From a bacterium (GTDB lineage Bacteria; Bacteroidota; Bacteroidia; Bacteroidales; Bacteroidaceae): a stretch of DNA of 55,831 nt. The notes beneath the pieces were generated by a model. It did not search any database and was not told the origin of the DNA. It was given only the letters and a program-made list of their open reading frames with translations. The translations under genes and the position numbers were made by a program. Shown piece by piece: positions 45,501 to 54,280 of this stretch. The first letter of the stretch is position 1. Every line of letters begins with the position of its first letter. The DNA lies in contig SFXD01000001.1 of the NCBI GenBank assembly GCA_004559785.1, positions 1 through 55,831 on the forward strand, in the 5' to 3' direction.

Positions 45501-47542
45501 TCCAGTTCGATGACAAACTCTTCGCGCTGCTCGTTGAGGTTACCCTGGTTGTAGAATGTCAGCTCGTTCATCTGCTGCTTGTCGCCGCCGGAGTTGATTA
45601 CCTCGACCTTGAAGTACTGGTACTCCTCGGTTGGAGGATTATTGAGATTGATGAAGTTCTCGTAAACGTTCTCTGCCTTGAGGATTTCTGTACCTACGTT
45701 TGTCCTCTTGTCTATCAGTACCCAACCCTCGGCATCCTTTTCGGCTGCCTCGTCGCTATCGAAGTTACCGGCATAGATGTTCCAATCCTTCCAGTTACGG
45801 CTCGGGTTGCTCTTGGTGTCACCACCCGTTACCAGTCCGTAGTAAGAAGGCTTGATGGGATCAGAGCTCTTGAATACTATGAACCAAGGCTTGGGTCCCT
45901 GATTTTCTCCAGAACCAGAGCACCACTTTGTACCTGTCTTGTCACCATCTATGAGCGAGCCATGGCTCTCTGCATCGCTGAAGCCTCCGCTACCAGACAG
46001 AGCCTCGTAAGTAGCATAGATGGGGTCAATCTGTACGGCGTAGTTATTGTTGACAAAAACGAGCAACCGGTTTGTCTCTTCGGAAACCTCCTCTGTAGTC
46101 AACTGCCTGTTGGCCTTGACGTACGCAAGGTTACCTACGGGGAATCCATCGCCTGGAGCGATTGCCTCCTCTCCGGCATATTTCTTCAGATACTCCGTAG
46201 CGGCAGAGTTGAGCAGTCCGTCGTTGACAGCATTCAAGGCTATTGCAACCTGCGTCACATAGTCGTCGTATGCCTTTACGTTTGCAGCATACAGTGTCTT
46301 CTGATTATCGAGATTCTTCAACAGGGGGTTGAGCGCAGTGGCGGATGTCTGAGTCTTGATAGACTCAACCAACGCCTGACTTTCTTCAACCATTGCCTTT
46401 GATGCGAATGCGGTGAAGTCGAACTTGCCCACCCACGCATTGTAGGTGTCATCGAGCTGGAGCTTAAACGTTGCGTCGTCACCGAGTGCGAACTCCGTCA
46501 TCTGCATGTAGCCGCTGGTTCCGCTCATGATCTGGCTGATCTCTACCTTGAAGTAACGGTACTTCTTGGTGTTCTCCTCAGAGAGTTCCATGAATACCTC
46601 GAAACTGTTGAGGTCGGGCAGAACTTCTTCGGTAACGTCAACCTTGTTGTCCAATAGCTGCCAGCCCTCATGGTCGCGGGTAATCTCTGATTCGGGCACA
46701 TCGGCAATGCCATAAATCTTCCAGTCCTTCCAGTTGCGATGGTTCCATGCTGCGTTGTCTGTACCTGTCACAAGCTTGTAGTAGGTGGGGCAGATGGAAC
46801 GTGAAGTCTTGACAATGAAGTAAGGCTTGCCGTCTATGCCATTACCCCACTTTGTATTGTAGTTGTTATCGAAGAGAGACTTCAAACCCTCTCCGTCATT
46901 GTTGTTACGTGTTCCAGCGAGGATGCTGTATTTTATCGGCTCATCCAAGGGAGATTCACCACTTGTATATGCGTTGAAATCGTCTGCCGTTCCCAGTCCG
47001 AACTCGTCCATCTGGAGCCATACATCAGTGCCCTGAACAGACTCGGAGATACGGATGTAGTAATAAAGGTACTCTGTAGTGCCGTCGGCCTTGTTAAACT
47101 TGAAGTCTACCACCTGTGCGTTGGCTGCAGGGAGTGGCTCGTCGACACGCTGGTCGATGAGTGTCCAGTCGGCATCCACCGTTGCCTCCTCGTCGGATGC
47201 GAAGTTTGCAGCGTAGATGTTCCATGTCTTCCAGTTGCGACCCGGATTGTTGCCCGTGTCATTTCCCGTTACGAGGAAATAGTTGGTGGGTACTACTGCC
47301 TTCTTGGCCTTCATGATAATCCAGGCCTCGGACCTTTCGGGGTTGTTTGGGTCGAAGGAATGTCCCATCTTGGTGAACTTGTCTCCGTCCACCAATTTGG
47401 CATAACCCTCACCACCTGTTCCACCAGTTCCTGATAATGCTGTCAGCCTTACGTATTCTGCCGACGCATTCTGGGCTGAGAGCAGCATCATTGCAGATGC
47501 CAGCGCCAGCCTTACCTTGTGAAGAAATGTAGTTCTCTTCAT
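42596..47542 (-). CDS. 1648-aa T9SS cargo with four discoidin (F5/8 type C)-like modules separated by helical linkers
   Basis: It has a signal peptide. The repeated module ends in NWKTWNIYAANF, NWKDWKIYGIAD, NWKDWNIYAGNF and NWKRWSIYGANF, each preceded by DGD/DN..TKW(G/C).. and followed by ..YYKVxV..MxExxFG. The C-terminus ..AIYSLSGQRVGKAGKGIFIINGKKYLVK is T9SS CTD-like. Confidence 0.7.
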   Translation of the reverse strand: MKRTTFLHKVRLALASAMMLLSAQNASAEYVRLTALSGTGGTGGEGYAKLVDGDKFTKMGHSFDPNNPERSEAWIIMKAKKAVVPTNYFLVTGNDTGNNPGRNWKTWNIYAANFASDEEATVDADWTLIDQRVDEPLPAANAQVVDFKFNKADGTTEYLYYYIRISESVQGTDVWLQMDEFGLGTADDFNAYTSGESPLDEPIKYSILAGTRNNNDGEGLKSLFDNNYNTKWGNGIDGKPYFIVKTSRSICPTYYKLVTGTDNAAWNHRNWKDWKIYGIADVPESEITRDHEGWQLLDNKVDVTEEVLPDLNSFEVFMELSEENTKKYRYFKVEISQIMSGTSGYMQMTEFALGDDATFKLQLDDTYNAWVGKFDFTAFASKAMVEESQALVESIKTQTSATALNPLLKNLDNQKTLYAANVKAYDDYVTQVAIALNAVNDGLLNSAATEYLKKYAGEEAIAPGDGFPVGNLAYVKANRQLTTEEVSEETNRLLVFVNNNYAVQIDPIYATYEALSGSGGFSDAESHGSLIDGDKTGTKWCSGSGENQGPKPWFIVFKSSDPIKPSYYGLVTGGDTKSNPSRNWKDWNIYAGNFDSDEAAEKDAEGWVLIDKRTNVGTEILKAENVYENFINLNNPPTEEYQYFKVEVINSGGDKQQMNELTFYNQGNLNEQREEFVIELEQSIMDAGLDAIDENTLCNISLYEQYVSTYEKMSNAADAPSLIAAKNTLKELITKIASSNAKWMEYVEAMDLFSPGDFADYEQVYAWATGYAEQNEGPSAAYINGTYEYIVTNRTISDEELEKETVRINMYMSALYEDSYIVLDGHTNSQWGDGHYKQIVDNSLETKWGGECSSVGDTYVIFRTLEAVNPFFYTLTTGADTYDYQGRNWKRWSIYGANFEGDGLATKDSEGWVLVDEKVNVGQERLNPANLTASYFGFSSETTVPYTYYKVVVYEAYSGSAIQMQELRFGTEEEFDEIKNDYIAKAEEFGYNVTCTQALIDAYEGLIAEVGECVNMEVLFRTNYEIEQLQQKILASEKVYGQYMAAVDGVKEYLEANKLTESDALANLQSYLTATVEPSEDGFPNGSAPYIVENHELADSAVLAEVDYLESLKLAAVRLGYVAGTDISSLIVNRTFAKTESVEGGTKAEGWDGLLYKSGTNEDGKIYAAEFCETQDLFDINQTLTGLKDGYYQLRLNAAFRQEKDTVTSSSYTYAPIAYANDAATFVQTVIEDMAVNPADAWLGDTHPDRPVINPEDETDTLGYVVWGTIGSSYAFAAGRYEIPMVAKVTDGTLTFGLKSEGTINRNSWTVAGNFRLAYLGETEDDAANAIAEAVAYNSKRANTLCNSYVPELAYDISFSEAPNFAAATKEALAAISGQTTYNDLVTDGALFQNVLDCQKAYNQLYIAKNKVYDKWINHSMNHGTLDADIYAVCDKLDAGEYETGEQALAAIDALYELYPDYLYVDMEKQTNVTASETADFEYELTGNGMRPNVTFKGFYDNLTSDRIILAYEYKTEKDANNGVLYFGTPSINPNYQLAPAAMPATSEWKQAYVDITKAVETWNFGGSDNVIRWDLFGNNESYETICIRNVIVITADECNDDDLVDGVNAIETASDDAGQAIYSLSGQRVGKAGKGIFIINGKKYLVK

Positions 47543-47667
47543 TGAATTTGGGTTTTTAGTGTTAATAATTAATATAGTTAAATCAAATGCTCTGTTTCAG
47601 GACAGAATTATTACTTCCAACCTTTGTTTTTTTGACCAGAATCCTTTGTTTTGGGCTTTATCCGATG

Positions 47668-47675
47668 CAAATATA
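47668..47675 (-). promoter_or_regulatory. -7 box TATATTTG upstream of the 1648-aa gene (internal promoter candidate)
   Basis: caaatata on the plus strand, ~125 nt upstream of the ATG at 47542. Confidence 0.35.
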
Positions 47676-47773
47676 TCTAATTTGTCACAATTTTAAACAT
47701 ATTTGGACTGTTTCTTTATCCGCCTTAACATCTTTTAACGGCACTTGGTATTACGAGGGGGATATCGTCACCG

Positions 47774-50700
47774 TTATTGCCCCTCAAGGAGAATCAATCC
47801 CACGAGTCCTGCAATGTCTGCCTCTCCGATAATCCCATCTCCGTCAATGTCTGCGGCACGCTTGTCACAAGCTAAGGACGAAGTGCCGCGCACCACATTG
47901 ACAAGAGTCACGAGGTCGAGTCCGTCAACCTCTCCGTCGGCATTCACGTCACCCAGCAAATACGAAGGCTTGACTACGCCAACCACACATGTCCCCATGG
48001 CACTACCCCACCCCGGGGCACTTACCTGGACTGAAGCCTGTCCCTCGGCTACTGCCTTTATAAGCCCCCATTGGTCAACACGGACCACGCCGGGGTCTGT
48101 AGACTTCCAGAAGAGTCCTGCATCCGACATGTAGTCGGGCTTCACCACCGCCTCAAGACGGAGGGTATCGCCCTCCTCGAGTGTACACTCTCCGTGGGAC
48201 AGCACAATGTCCGTTACCTCGCCCACGGGTGAGGAAAGACTGTAGTCGTACGGGGTGAAGTTCTCTGTCCCTATCTCGGTAATGTCCTTGCGGATGTCTA
48301 TCTCCACCCACGACGGGTCGTCCGGGTCGCTGGTACTCACATTGGAGGCACACAGTGTCCAGGTCGAGGGGTTGCGATCGGAGTATTGTCGAGAATCGTT
48401 GGCACTGTATATCCTGTAGCCACTGACGGGAATCGCCTTGCCTGCGTCGAAGAAGAAACAGGCGTTGCCGTTGAACTTGCCAGAACAATACTTGGTGCCT
48501 GTGTCGTTGTCAGCCAGGTTCCCCCAGTTCTCGCTACCGATGTTGCTCTCTGTTCCTGCATATATTGAAAGGTCCTCCACCTCGCCTCCTGCATTGTCGA
48601 GCAGGTCAAACTCCGAGAACTGGATTGTCCCGCTATTGCCATCGCGTATGCGCGTTATACATAATTTATAATATCGGTAGCCATTTACTCCATTGCGAGG
48701 CGTGTTGGTATATCCCGTTGACGTGCGATAGACCTGTGCGCTCGAAGGCGAAGGTGTGGGGTAAGGGTCGTGGGCGAGTCCGTTGTCGAGGTTCTGCCTC
48801 CAGTAGGAATAGCCAGCCTCTGCATTGAGGATGAAGCACAGCTCGCCCGACGCTACCTGCAAGGGTGTAATACTCCGTGCCTTCGACGGCATTATGTCGT
48901 GGCAGTTGGCAAGGGACAAGTCCTTAGTGGTCGAGGCAAAGCAATCGCCGTCGCCGCCCGTTGATACGATGGCGGCATTGTAGCAGTTGGCAAGGCTTAT
49001 CTTGCCTGCCGACGGTCCAACTAAAGAGGCTCCGTTTTCTGCAGCCTTCACGGCACCTACGTTGTAGCAGTTGCTGATGTTCAGCGTGGCAAGCAGGCGG
49101 CTCATGCCTACAAGTCCTGCTGCATAGGTGCCCGATGCCGTTACGGTAGCTGCAGAGCTGCAGCCCTGTATGTTGATGATACCGTTGCGCACCTGACCTA
49201 TGAACGCCGACACGTAGTTGCTGCCGCTGAAACTGCACGATGCGGCAATATTTACGTCACGCAGCGACATTCCTGCACCCACTATGCCGAAGAGACCCAC
49301 GTAGTTGGAGCCTTCAACACGGAGGTTACTTATTGTGTGCCCCTGCCCGTCGAACTGTCCGCAATATGGCTTGGTAGGATTACCTATAGGCTTGAAGCGA
49401 TCGGAGTATGCCTCCATGTCTACGTCGGCGCATAGCACCGCCGAGGCAGAGGTGTTGCCATTGGCAACGAGTTCGGAGAATAGGCAGAGGTCGCGCGGAG
49501 TGCCAATCTGATATATGCCGCCCTCTTCCGTCAGGGCATCATAGCCCAGTTTCTTGTCCATCCATGCCACGCGGTCGCGCACGTAGTTGCGCACGACGTC
49601 CACCTCTGCCTCCCAGCTTCCCCTGATGGCAGGCGTGAGGCTAATGTATTGGTTGAGGTAGGGCCAGCGTATGAAATTGAGGTTGGCAGAGGCACGCATC
49701 TCGTTCCGCAGCGAGTCTACCCCTCCTGCCACGTCAAGGCTGTTGAAAGCCCCCTCGTCGCGCAGCCTTGCCCAGAGCTGCCTCAGTTGCGCCATGGCAT
49801 TGGGGTCTGACAGGATGCGAGAGACGAATGTTCCCCAGCGTCCTGTCTCGCGAACAAGATAGGTCCAGTCCTCGCGGCTGTTGCCTGGGTAGACGGTAGC
49901 GTCGTCGTCCAGTGCCAGCTCATGATCCCATACAGGGCCTGTGTAGAAGTGGTCGTCTCCCCTATCCTTGTACATGAACACCTGGCATATCATGTCTGTA
50001 TTGCCGTTGAACTCGCTTATGAGGAAGTACTTTAGGAAAGACTCCAGGTCGAGCACCGAGCGGAATCCCTTGTCCGTATCGGTATAGTCATCCCCGAATA
50101 CTATGTCCTCCATCTCGTTGAAGGCTGTCTTGATGTACGCAAACTGTTCGGGTTGCATTATGTCGTCATCAGGGTCGTGGACGCTGATTGGGTTTCCATG
50201 GCGTGTGGTGAAGTTGTATGGTTCGCGCCCGGCATTGTTGTCCACCTCTACGAAATAGCCTCCCGTCAGAGCCTCGCCCTCTATGTCCTCCTCGTACATT
50301 TCTGTTATATCTATACGTCCCGAGTGTACAGTCACCTGGTCGGCTATGGTGTACGTGCCGCGGTAGTCTCCGTTGAGGATAAGGTCTACTGGCTGGTTCC
50401 ATGGCGTAAACTTAGGTCCAACCCTCTTCGACACCTGCCATGCTACGGGATTGCGCATCAGGGTCTTGTCGCGGTAACTGTTGAGCAGCACCCATTTCTT
50501 CGCTTTCACGGGAGACTCGTTTGTGGTAGAACCTTTCATGATGTGGTGGCTCTTGCCGTCGTTGAACTTCACCCTGTATGGCTTGTTGGGAGGGGTAGCC
50601 GAGAAATTGCCCCTCACCCTGGTCAATATCGGGTACTCCTGTATCATGGTGCCGTCCTCGTGGATGAGGGTGTAGTGTGACTCGAAGTCCTCGCCTCGCA

Positions 50701-51298
50701 CCGTAGGTACGGCTCCGTCTGCCACATGGATGCTGAGTGTAGGAAGGTTGGTGACCTGATAGAACCTGCTGTCGTCGCCCTCGCCCTCATGGCCGAAGAA
50801 CTGCAGTTCGGCAACGTTGCAGTATGACCCTGCTCCACCTACGTAGCGTACATAGCGGAACCCACGGCTAACGTTGATATCTACGGTGGTGGACTTGCCC
50901 GCCGTAGGAGCCTCTGAGATTAGGTATAGAGGTACGGCGTCCATGAAGGTAGAATCGTTGGCTCCCTCAAACAAGGAAAGCAACATACGGTCGGGGCCTA
51001 CCGACAACGGGGCAGGAGTGTAGGAAATACGGGTCACCACATGCCGGGCTCCAAGGTCGAGTCCCACCCACTGCATGTCTGCTGCCGTGGTCCTGTAGTA
51101 TGTGGCGGCATCTGCGTCGAAAGCATTCTCTGCCATGGTTGCCGTGCCAGAGGACAGTATCTTGCCTGTAAGTTCTACATCCGTCGTTTCGTCGAATGCC
51201 ATGGCAGAGCTGTATGCCATTGGACATAGGATGGCAAGTAGCATGGCACGTAGGATTGGCTTGATGCGCCGTGAGCAGTATTTGTTAGTTCTATTCAT
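47774..51298 (-). CDS. CotH-family protein: F5/8C, CotH, GLUG repeats, discoidin-like module, Big_2-like module, dockerin
   Basis: 1174 aa with a signal peptide. The CotH core is ..KAKKWVLLNSYRDKTLMRN..LILNGDYRGTYTIADQV..FLKYFLISEFNGNTDM..VFMYKDRGD..GPVWDHELA... The GLUG block is ..CGQFDGQGHTISNL..VGLFG..AAGLVG..NCYNVGAV... A second discoidin-like module is ..NDTGTKYCSG..NPSTWTLCASN... The Big_2-like block is ..TLRLEAVVKPD..WKSTDPGVVRVDQWGLIKAVAEGQASV... The dockerin is GDVNADGEVDGLDLVTLVNVV...ADIDGDGIIGEADIAGLVGLIL. Confidence 0.75.
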   Translation of the reverse strand: MNRTNKYCSRRIKPILRAMLLAILCPMAYSSAMAFDETTDVELTGKILSSGTATMAENAFDADAATYYRTTAADMQWVGLDLGARHVVTRISYTPAPLSVGPDRMLLSLFEGANDSTFMDAVPLYLISEAPTAGKSTTVDINVSRGFRYVRYVGGAGSYCNVAELQFFGHEGEGDDSRFYQVTNLPTLSIHVADGAVPTVRGEDFESHYTLIHEDGTMIQEYPILTRVRGNFSATPPNKPYRVKFNDGKSHHIMKGSTTNESPVKAKKWVLLNSYRDKTLMRNPVAWQVSKRVGPKFTPWNQPVDLILNGDYRGTYTIADQVTVHSGRIDITEMYEEDIEGEALTGGYFVEVDNNAGREPYNFTTRHGNPISVHDPDDDIMQPEQFAYIKTAFNEMEDIVFGDDYTDTDKGFRSVLDLESFLKYFLISEFNGNTDMICQVFMYKDRGDDHFYTGPVWDHELALDDDATVYPGNSREDWTYLVRETGRWGTFVSRILSDPNAMAQLRQLWARLRDEGAFNSLDVAGGVDSLRNEMRASANLNFIRWPYLNQYISLTPAIRGSWEAEVDVVRNYVRDRVAWMDKKLGYDALTEEGGIYQIGTPRDLCLFSELVANGNTSASAVLCADVDMEAYSDRFKPIGNPTKPYCGQFDGQGHTISNLRVEGSNYVGLFGIVGAGMSLRDVNIAASCSFSGSNYVSAFIGQVRNGIINIQGCSSAATVTASGTYAAGLVGMSRLLATLNISNCYNVGAVKAAENGASLVGPSAGKISLANCYNAAIVSTGGDGDCFASTTKDLSLANCHDIMPSKARSITPLQVASGELCFILNAEAGYSYWRQNLDNGLAHDPYPTPSPSSAQVYRTSTGYTNTPRNGVNGYRYYKLCITRIRDGNSGTIQFSEFDLLDNAGGEVEDLSIYAGTESNIGSENWGNLADNDTGTKYCSGKFNGNACFFFDAGKAIPVSGYRIYSANDSRQYSDRNPSTWTLCASNVSTSDPDDPSWVEIDIRKDITEIGTENFTPYDYSLSSPVGEVTDIVLSHGECTLEEGDTLRLEAVVKPDYMSDAGLFWKSTDPGVVRVDQWGLIKAVAEGQASVQVSAPGWGSAMGTCVVGVVKPSYLLGDVNADGEVDGLDLVTLVNVVRGTSSLACDKRAADIDGDGIIGEADIAGLVGLILLEGQ

Positions 51299-51330
51299 TG
51301 ATTTTTACCGGATATGGGCATTATGGGTAG

Positions 51331-51338
51331 CAAAAATA
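51331..51338 (-). promoter_or_regulatory. -7 box TATTTTTG for the CotH cluster
   Basis: caaaaata on the plus strand, ~33 nt upstream of the ATG at 51298. Confidence 0.5.
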
Positions 51339-51468
51339 ACAAATTTTCCTGACAACCGCATTCCTTTGGAGTGTTTTTAAGTATTATTCGCCCGTTTTTG
51401 ACTAAAAGCAGGTTCCTCAGGGTCGTTTCAGAGGACACATTCCCGTCAAAGGAACCTTTGTGATTGGG

Positions 51469-51513
51469 AAAAATTGTGTCCTGCTCCTCGCTATGTACGA
51501 GTCTGCAGGACAC
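51469..51513 (-). terminator. Intrinsic terminator for rpoD
   Basis: A 9-bp stem GTGTCCTGC (51476-51484) / GCAGGACAC (51505-51513) has an inner ctcg/cgag pairing. On the minus strand it is followed by AATTTTTCCC. Confidence 0.6.
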
Positions 51514-51584
51514 AACCAAATCAAAACTTTTATGAAACTGTCTTTTTCCTGTCCTTGCCTTACACGCCCCTTGTCAAATATCCC

Positions 51585-52445
51585 TCATCCGAGATATGAC
51601 CTCAGCAGGCTGTTCCTGCTGCCGGCACGCAGCTTGCGAATAGCCTTCTCGCGTATCTGGCGCACACGTTCGCGGGTTAGTCCGAAACGCTCTCCTATCT
51701 CCTCCAGGGTCATCTCCTGATGGTTGATTCCGAAGCTCATCTCCACTATGTCTTTCTCCCTTTCGTTGAGCATACTCAGCGAACGGCTTATCTCCGTGGC
51801 AAGGCTCTCGCTGACAAGCGTACCGTCGGCAGAAGGTGAGTCGGTGTTGGTCATCACGTCTAACAGGCTATTCTCCTCTCCCTCCACGAATGGGGCATCC
51901 ACGCTTAGGTGGCGTCCGCTGGCGCGCAGAGAGTCGTTTATCTTCTCAGGCAGCTCGTTAACTATTTCAGCCAGTTCCTCTGCACTTGGCTTGCGTTCGT
52001 GCTCCTGCTCAAACTTCGTTATCGCCTTGGTTATCTTGTTGACGGCACTTACCTGGTTGAGAGGCAAGCGTACGATGCGGCTCTGCTCTGCCAAAGCCTG
52101 TAGTATGGTCTGACGAATCCACCATACGGCATAGGAAATGAACTTGAAGCCTCGCGTCTCGTCAAATTTCTCGGCTGCCTTGATCAGGCCCACATTACCT
52201 TCATTGATAAGGTCAGGGAGCGATAGACCCTGATTCTGGTACTGCTTTGCCACACTGACTACAAAGCGCAGGTTGGCCCTGACCAACTTGTCCAATGCGC
52301 GTCTGTCACCCTTGCGAATCCTCTGGGTCAGATCTACTTCTTCCTCTACGGTGAGGAGACCTTCACGACCTATCTCTTGCAGATACTTGTCAAGCGAGGC
52401 ACTGTCGCGACTGGTGATACTCTTTGTGATTTTAAGCTGTCTCAT
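51585..52445 (-). CDS. rpoD: Primary RNA polymerase sigma factor (Bacteroidota sigma-A type)
   Basis: 286 aa: [102 protein letters not shown]. All sigma-70 regions 2-4 are present, and the short N-terminus is typical of Bacteroidota. Confidence 0.9.
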   Translation of the reverse strand: MRQLKITKSITSRDSASLDKYLQEIGREGLLTVEEEVDLTQRIRKGDRRALDKLVRANLRFVVSVAKQYQNQGLSLPDLINEGNVGLIKAAEKFDETRGFKFISYAVWWIRQTILQALAEQSRIVRLPLNQVSAVNKITKAITKFEQEHERKPSAEELAEIVNELPEKINDSLRASGRHLSVDAPFVEGEENSLLDVMTNTDSPSADGTLVSESLATEISRSLSMLNEREKDIVEMSFGINHQEMTLEEIGERFGLTRERVRQIREKAIRKLRAGSRNSLLRSYLG

Positions 52446-52486
52446 TCTTTACCTTATATATTATACCAAAATACACCTCCGAATTG

Positions 52487-52494
52487 CAAAATTA
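52487..52494 (-). promoter_or_regulatory. -7 box TAATTTTG for rpoD
   Basis: caaaatta on the plus strand, ~42 nt upstream of the ATG at 52445. Confidence 0.45.
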
Positions 52495-52632
52495 CAACTT
52501 TTTTAAATAACAAGGTTTCTTTTCACACAAAAATTACTCCCAACAATCCAATTTTTGAATAATTTACTCCCATACACGGTAAAATATGCAATAAAAATTG
52601 CTGATTGTTCCTTGTCATACAAACTTTTTGCA

Positions 52633-52640
52633 TATCTTTG
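52633..52640 (+). promoter_or_regulatory. -7 box TATCTTTG for lemA and the M48 peptidase gene
   Basis: tatctttg lies 52 nt before the ATG at 52692. Confidence 0.5.
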
Positions 52641-52691
52641 CATTTGGATTAGTGACAAGACAAAAGTTAAACAACAAAATACTCAAGAGAA

Positions 52692-53258
52692 ATGAACACA
52701 GTATCTATCATCCTAATCGTAGTTGCCGCATTAGTAGTGGCATGGGTAATATTCACCTATAACAACCTCGTCTCCCTCAGGAATCATCGTGGTAACGCAT
52801 TCGCAAACATCGACGTACAACTGAAGCAGAGGCACGACCTCATCCCACAATTGGTAGCTACCGTGAAGGGTTATGCCGAGCATGAGAAGGGTTTGCTCGA
52901 AAGTCTTACCCAGGCACGTGCCGCAGCAATGGGGGCAACCACAATCAACGACAAGATCCAAGCTGAGAATGCCCTTAGCAACGCCTTGGCAGGTTTCCGT
53001 GTTAGCGTAGAGGCTTACCCCGACCTGAAAGCCAACCAGAACTTCATGCAACTTCAGGGTGAAATATCAGACCTGGAGAACAAATTGGCTGCCTCACGCC
53101 GCTACTTCAACAGTACGACAAGGGAACTGAACACCTCTATACAGAAATTCCCTGCCCTTCTGATTGCCAACATGTTCGGCTTCCACACAGAACCCATGTT
53201 CGAGATTCCATCCACAGACAGGACCAACTACGACAAGGCTCCTGAGATAAAGTTCTAA
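52692..53258 (+). CDS. lemA: LemA family protein
   Basis: 188 aa with an N-terminal TM helix. ..YNNLVSLRN..AFANIDVQLKQRHDLIPQLV..VKGYAEHEK..L..L..AR.. and ..YPDLKANQNF..LQ..L...EN.I...R..YN is the LemA pattern. Confidence 0.85.
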   Translation: MNTVSIILIVVAALVVAWVIFTYNNLVSLRNHRGNAFANIDVQLKQRHDLIPQLVATVKGYAEHEKGLLESLTQARAAAMGATTINDKIQAENALSNALAGFRVSVEAYPDLKANQNFMQLQGEISDLENKLAASRRYFNSTTRELNTSIQKFPALLIANMFGFHTEPMFEIPSTDRTNYDKAPEIKF

Positions 53259-53260
53259 TA

Positions 53261-54241
53261 ATGGAATACATAGGCTTACATACGCAACAGGTTCGCAACA
53301 ATCTCAAGAGCCTGTTGCTTTTACTTTTCTTCCCCCTGATACTGATGGCTCTCGCCTACTCCATCATCCTTCTCCTTTCCTACTACGAGTCTGGCAAGAC
53401 TCCATACATGTGGGAACTCAGCTACCAGATGTCCCTGCGAGCCGCACCATGGATAGTAGGCATAGTTGCTGTGTGGTTCTGCCTGGCATACTTCACGAAT
53501 ACAGCTATGGTCAGGCACGCCACCGGGGCAAGGCCTCTGTCGAGGAAGGAGAATCCCAGGGTGTACAACATCGTGGAGAACCTTACCATGGCGTGCGGCA
53601 TGAACATGCCTAAGGTCAACGTCATCAGCAGCCCCGAGCTGAATGCCTTCGCAAGCGGCGTGGATGACAGGTCATATACCGTAACCCTTACAACCGGAAT
53701 CTGCGAAACCCTTAACGACGACGAACTGGCAGGTGTGGTAGGACACGAACTAACGCACATACGCAACCGCGATACCCGCCTACTCATCATAAGCATCATC
53801 TTCGTTGGCATCATCAGCATAATATTGCAGTTGTCCATAGAGGCTCTGGTCAGGTCACCGTATTTTTCCTTGCCCAGCAGGAAGGAAGAAAAGAACAATG
53901 GGGGCATTATCATTGTCATGGCATTCCTGTTGGCTGTCATAGTGGCTTCCTCCGTCGCTTATTTCCTTACCTCCCTGACGCGCTTTGCCATCAGCCGCAA
54001 GCGCGAATACATGGCAGATGCCGGTGGTGCGGAACTTTGCGGCAACCCTCTCGCCTTGGCTTCTGCATTAAAGAAAATCAGCAACAAGCCTGGGTTGGGT
54101 AACGTTGGCAGGGAAGACATTGCACAATTGTACATTTGCCGCCCCCGTTCCCTAAAGAGTGGCTTTGCATCTTTCTTCAACTCCCTGTTCAGCACTCATC
54201 CAAGCATTGAGAGCAGGATTGCCTATCTGGAGCAGTTCTGA
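53261..54241 (+). CDS. M48-family zinc metallopeptidase (HtpX-like membrane protease)
   Basis: 326 aa with TM helices flanking the zincin motif ..VVGHELTHIRNRD.. and a distal ..EYMADAGG... It starts 2 nt after lemA. Confidence 0.75.
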   Translation: MEYIGLHTQQVRNNLKSLLLLLFFPLILMALAYSIILLLSYYESGKTPYMWELSYQMSLRAAPWIVGIVAVWFCLAYFTNTAMVRHATGARPLSRKENPRVYNIVENLTMACGMNMPKVNVISSPELNAFASGVDDRSYTVTLTTGICETLNDDELAGVVGHELTHIRNRDTRLLIISIIFVGIISIILQLSIEALVRSPYFSLPSRKEEKNNGGIIIVMAFLLAVIVASSVAYFLTSLTRFAISRKREYMADAGGAELCGNPLALASALKKISNKPGLGNVGREDIAQLYICRPRSLKSGFASFFNSLFSTHPSIESRIAYLEQF

Positions 54242-54280
54242 CCCCTATACCTATCAACCTGTGCCACCTGGAGGACCGGA

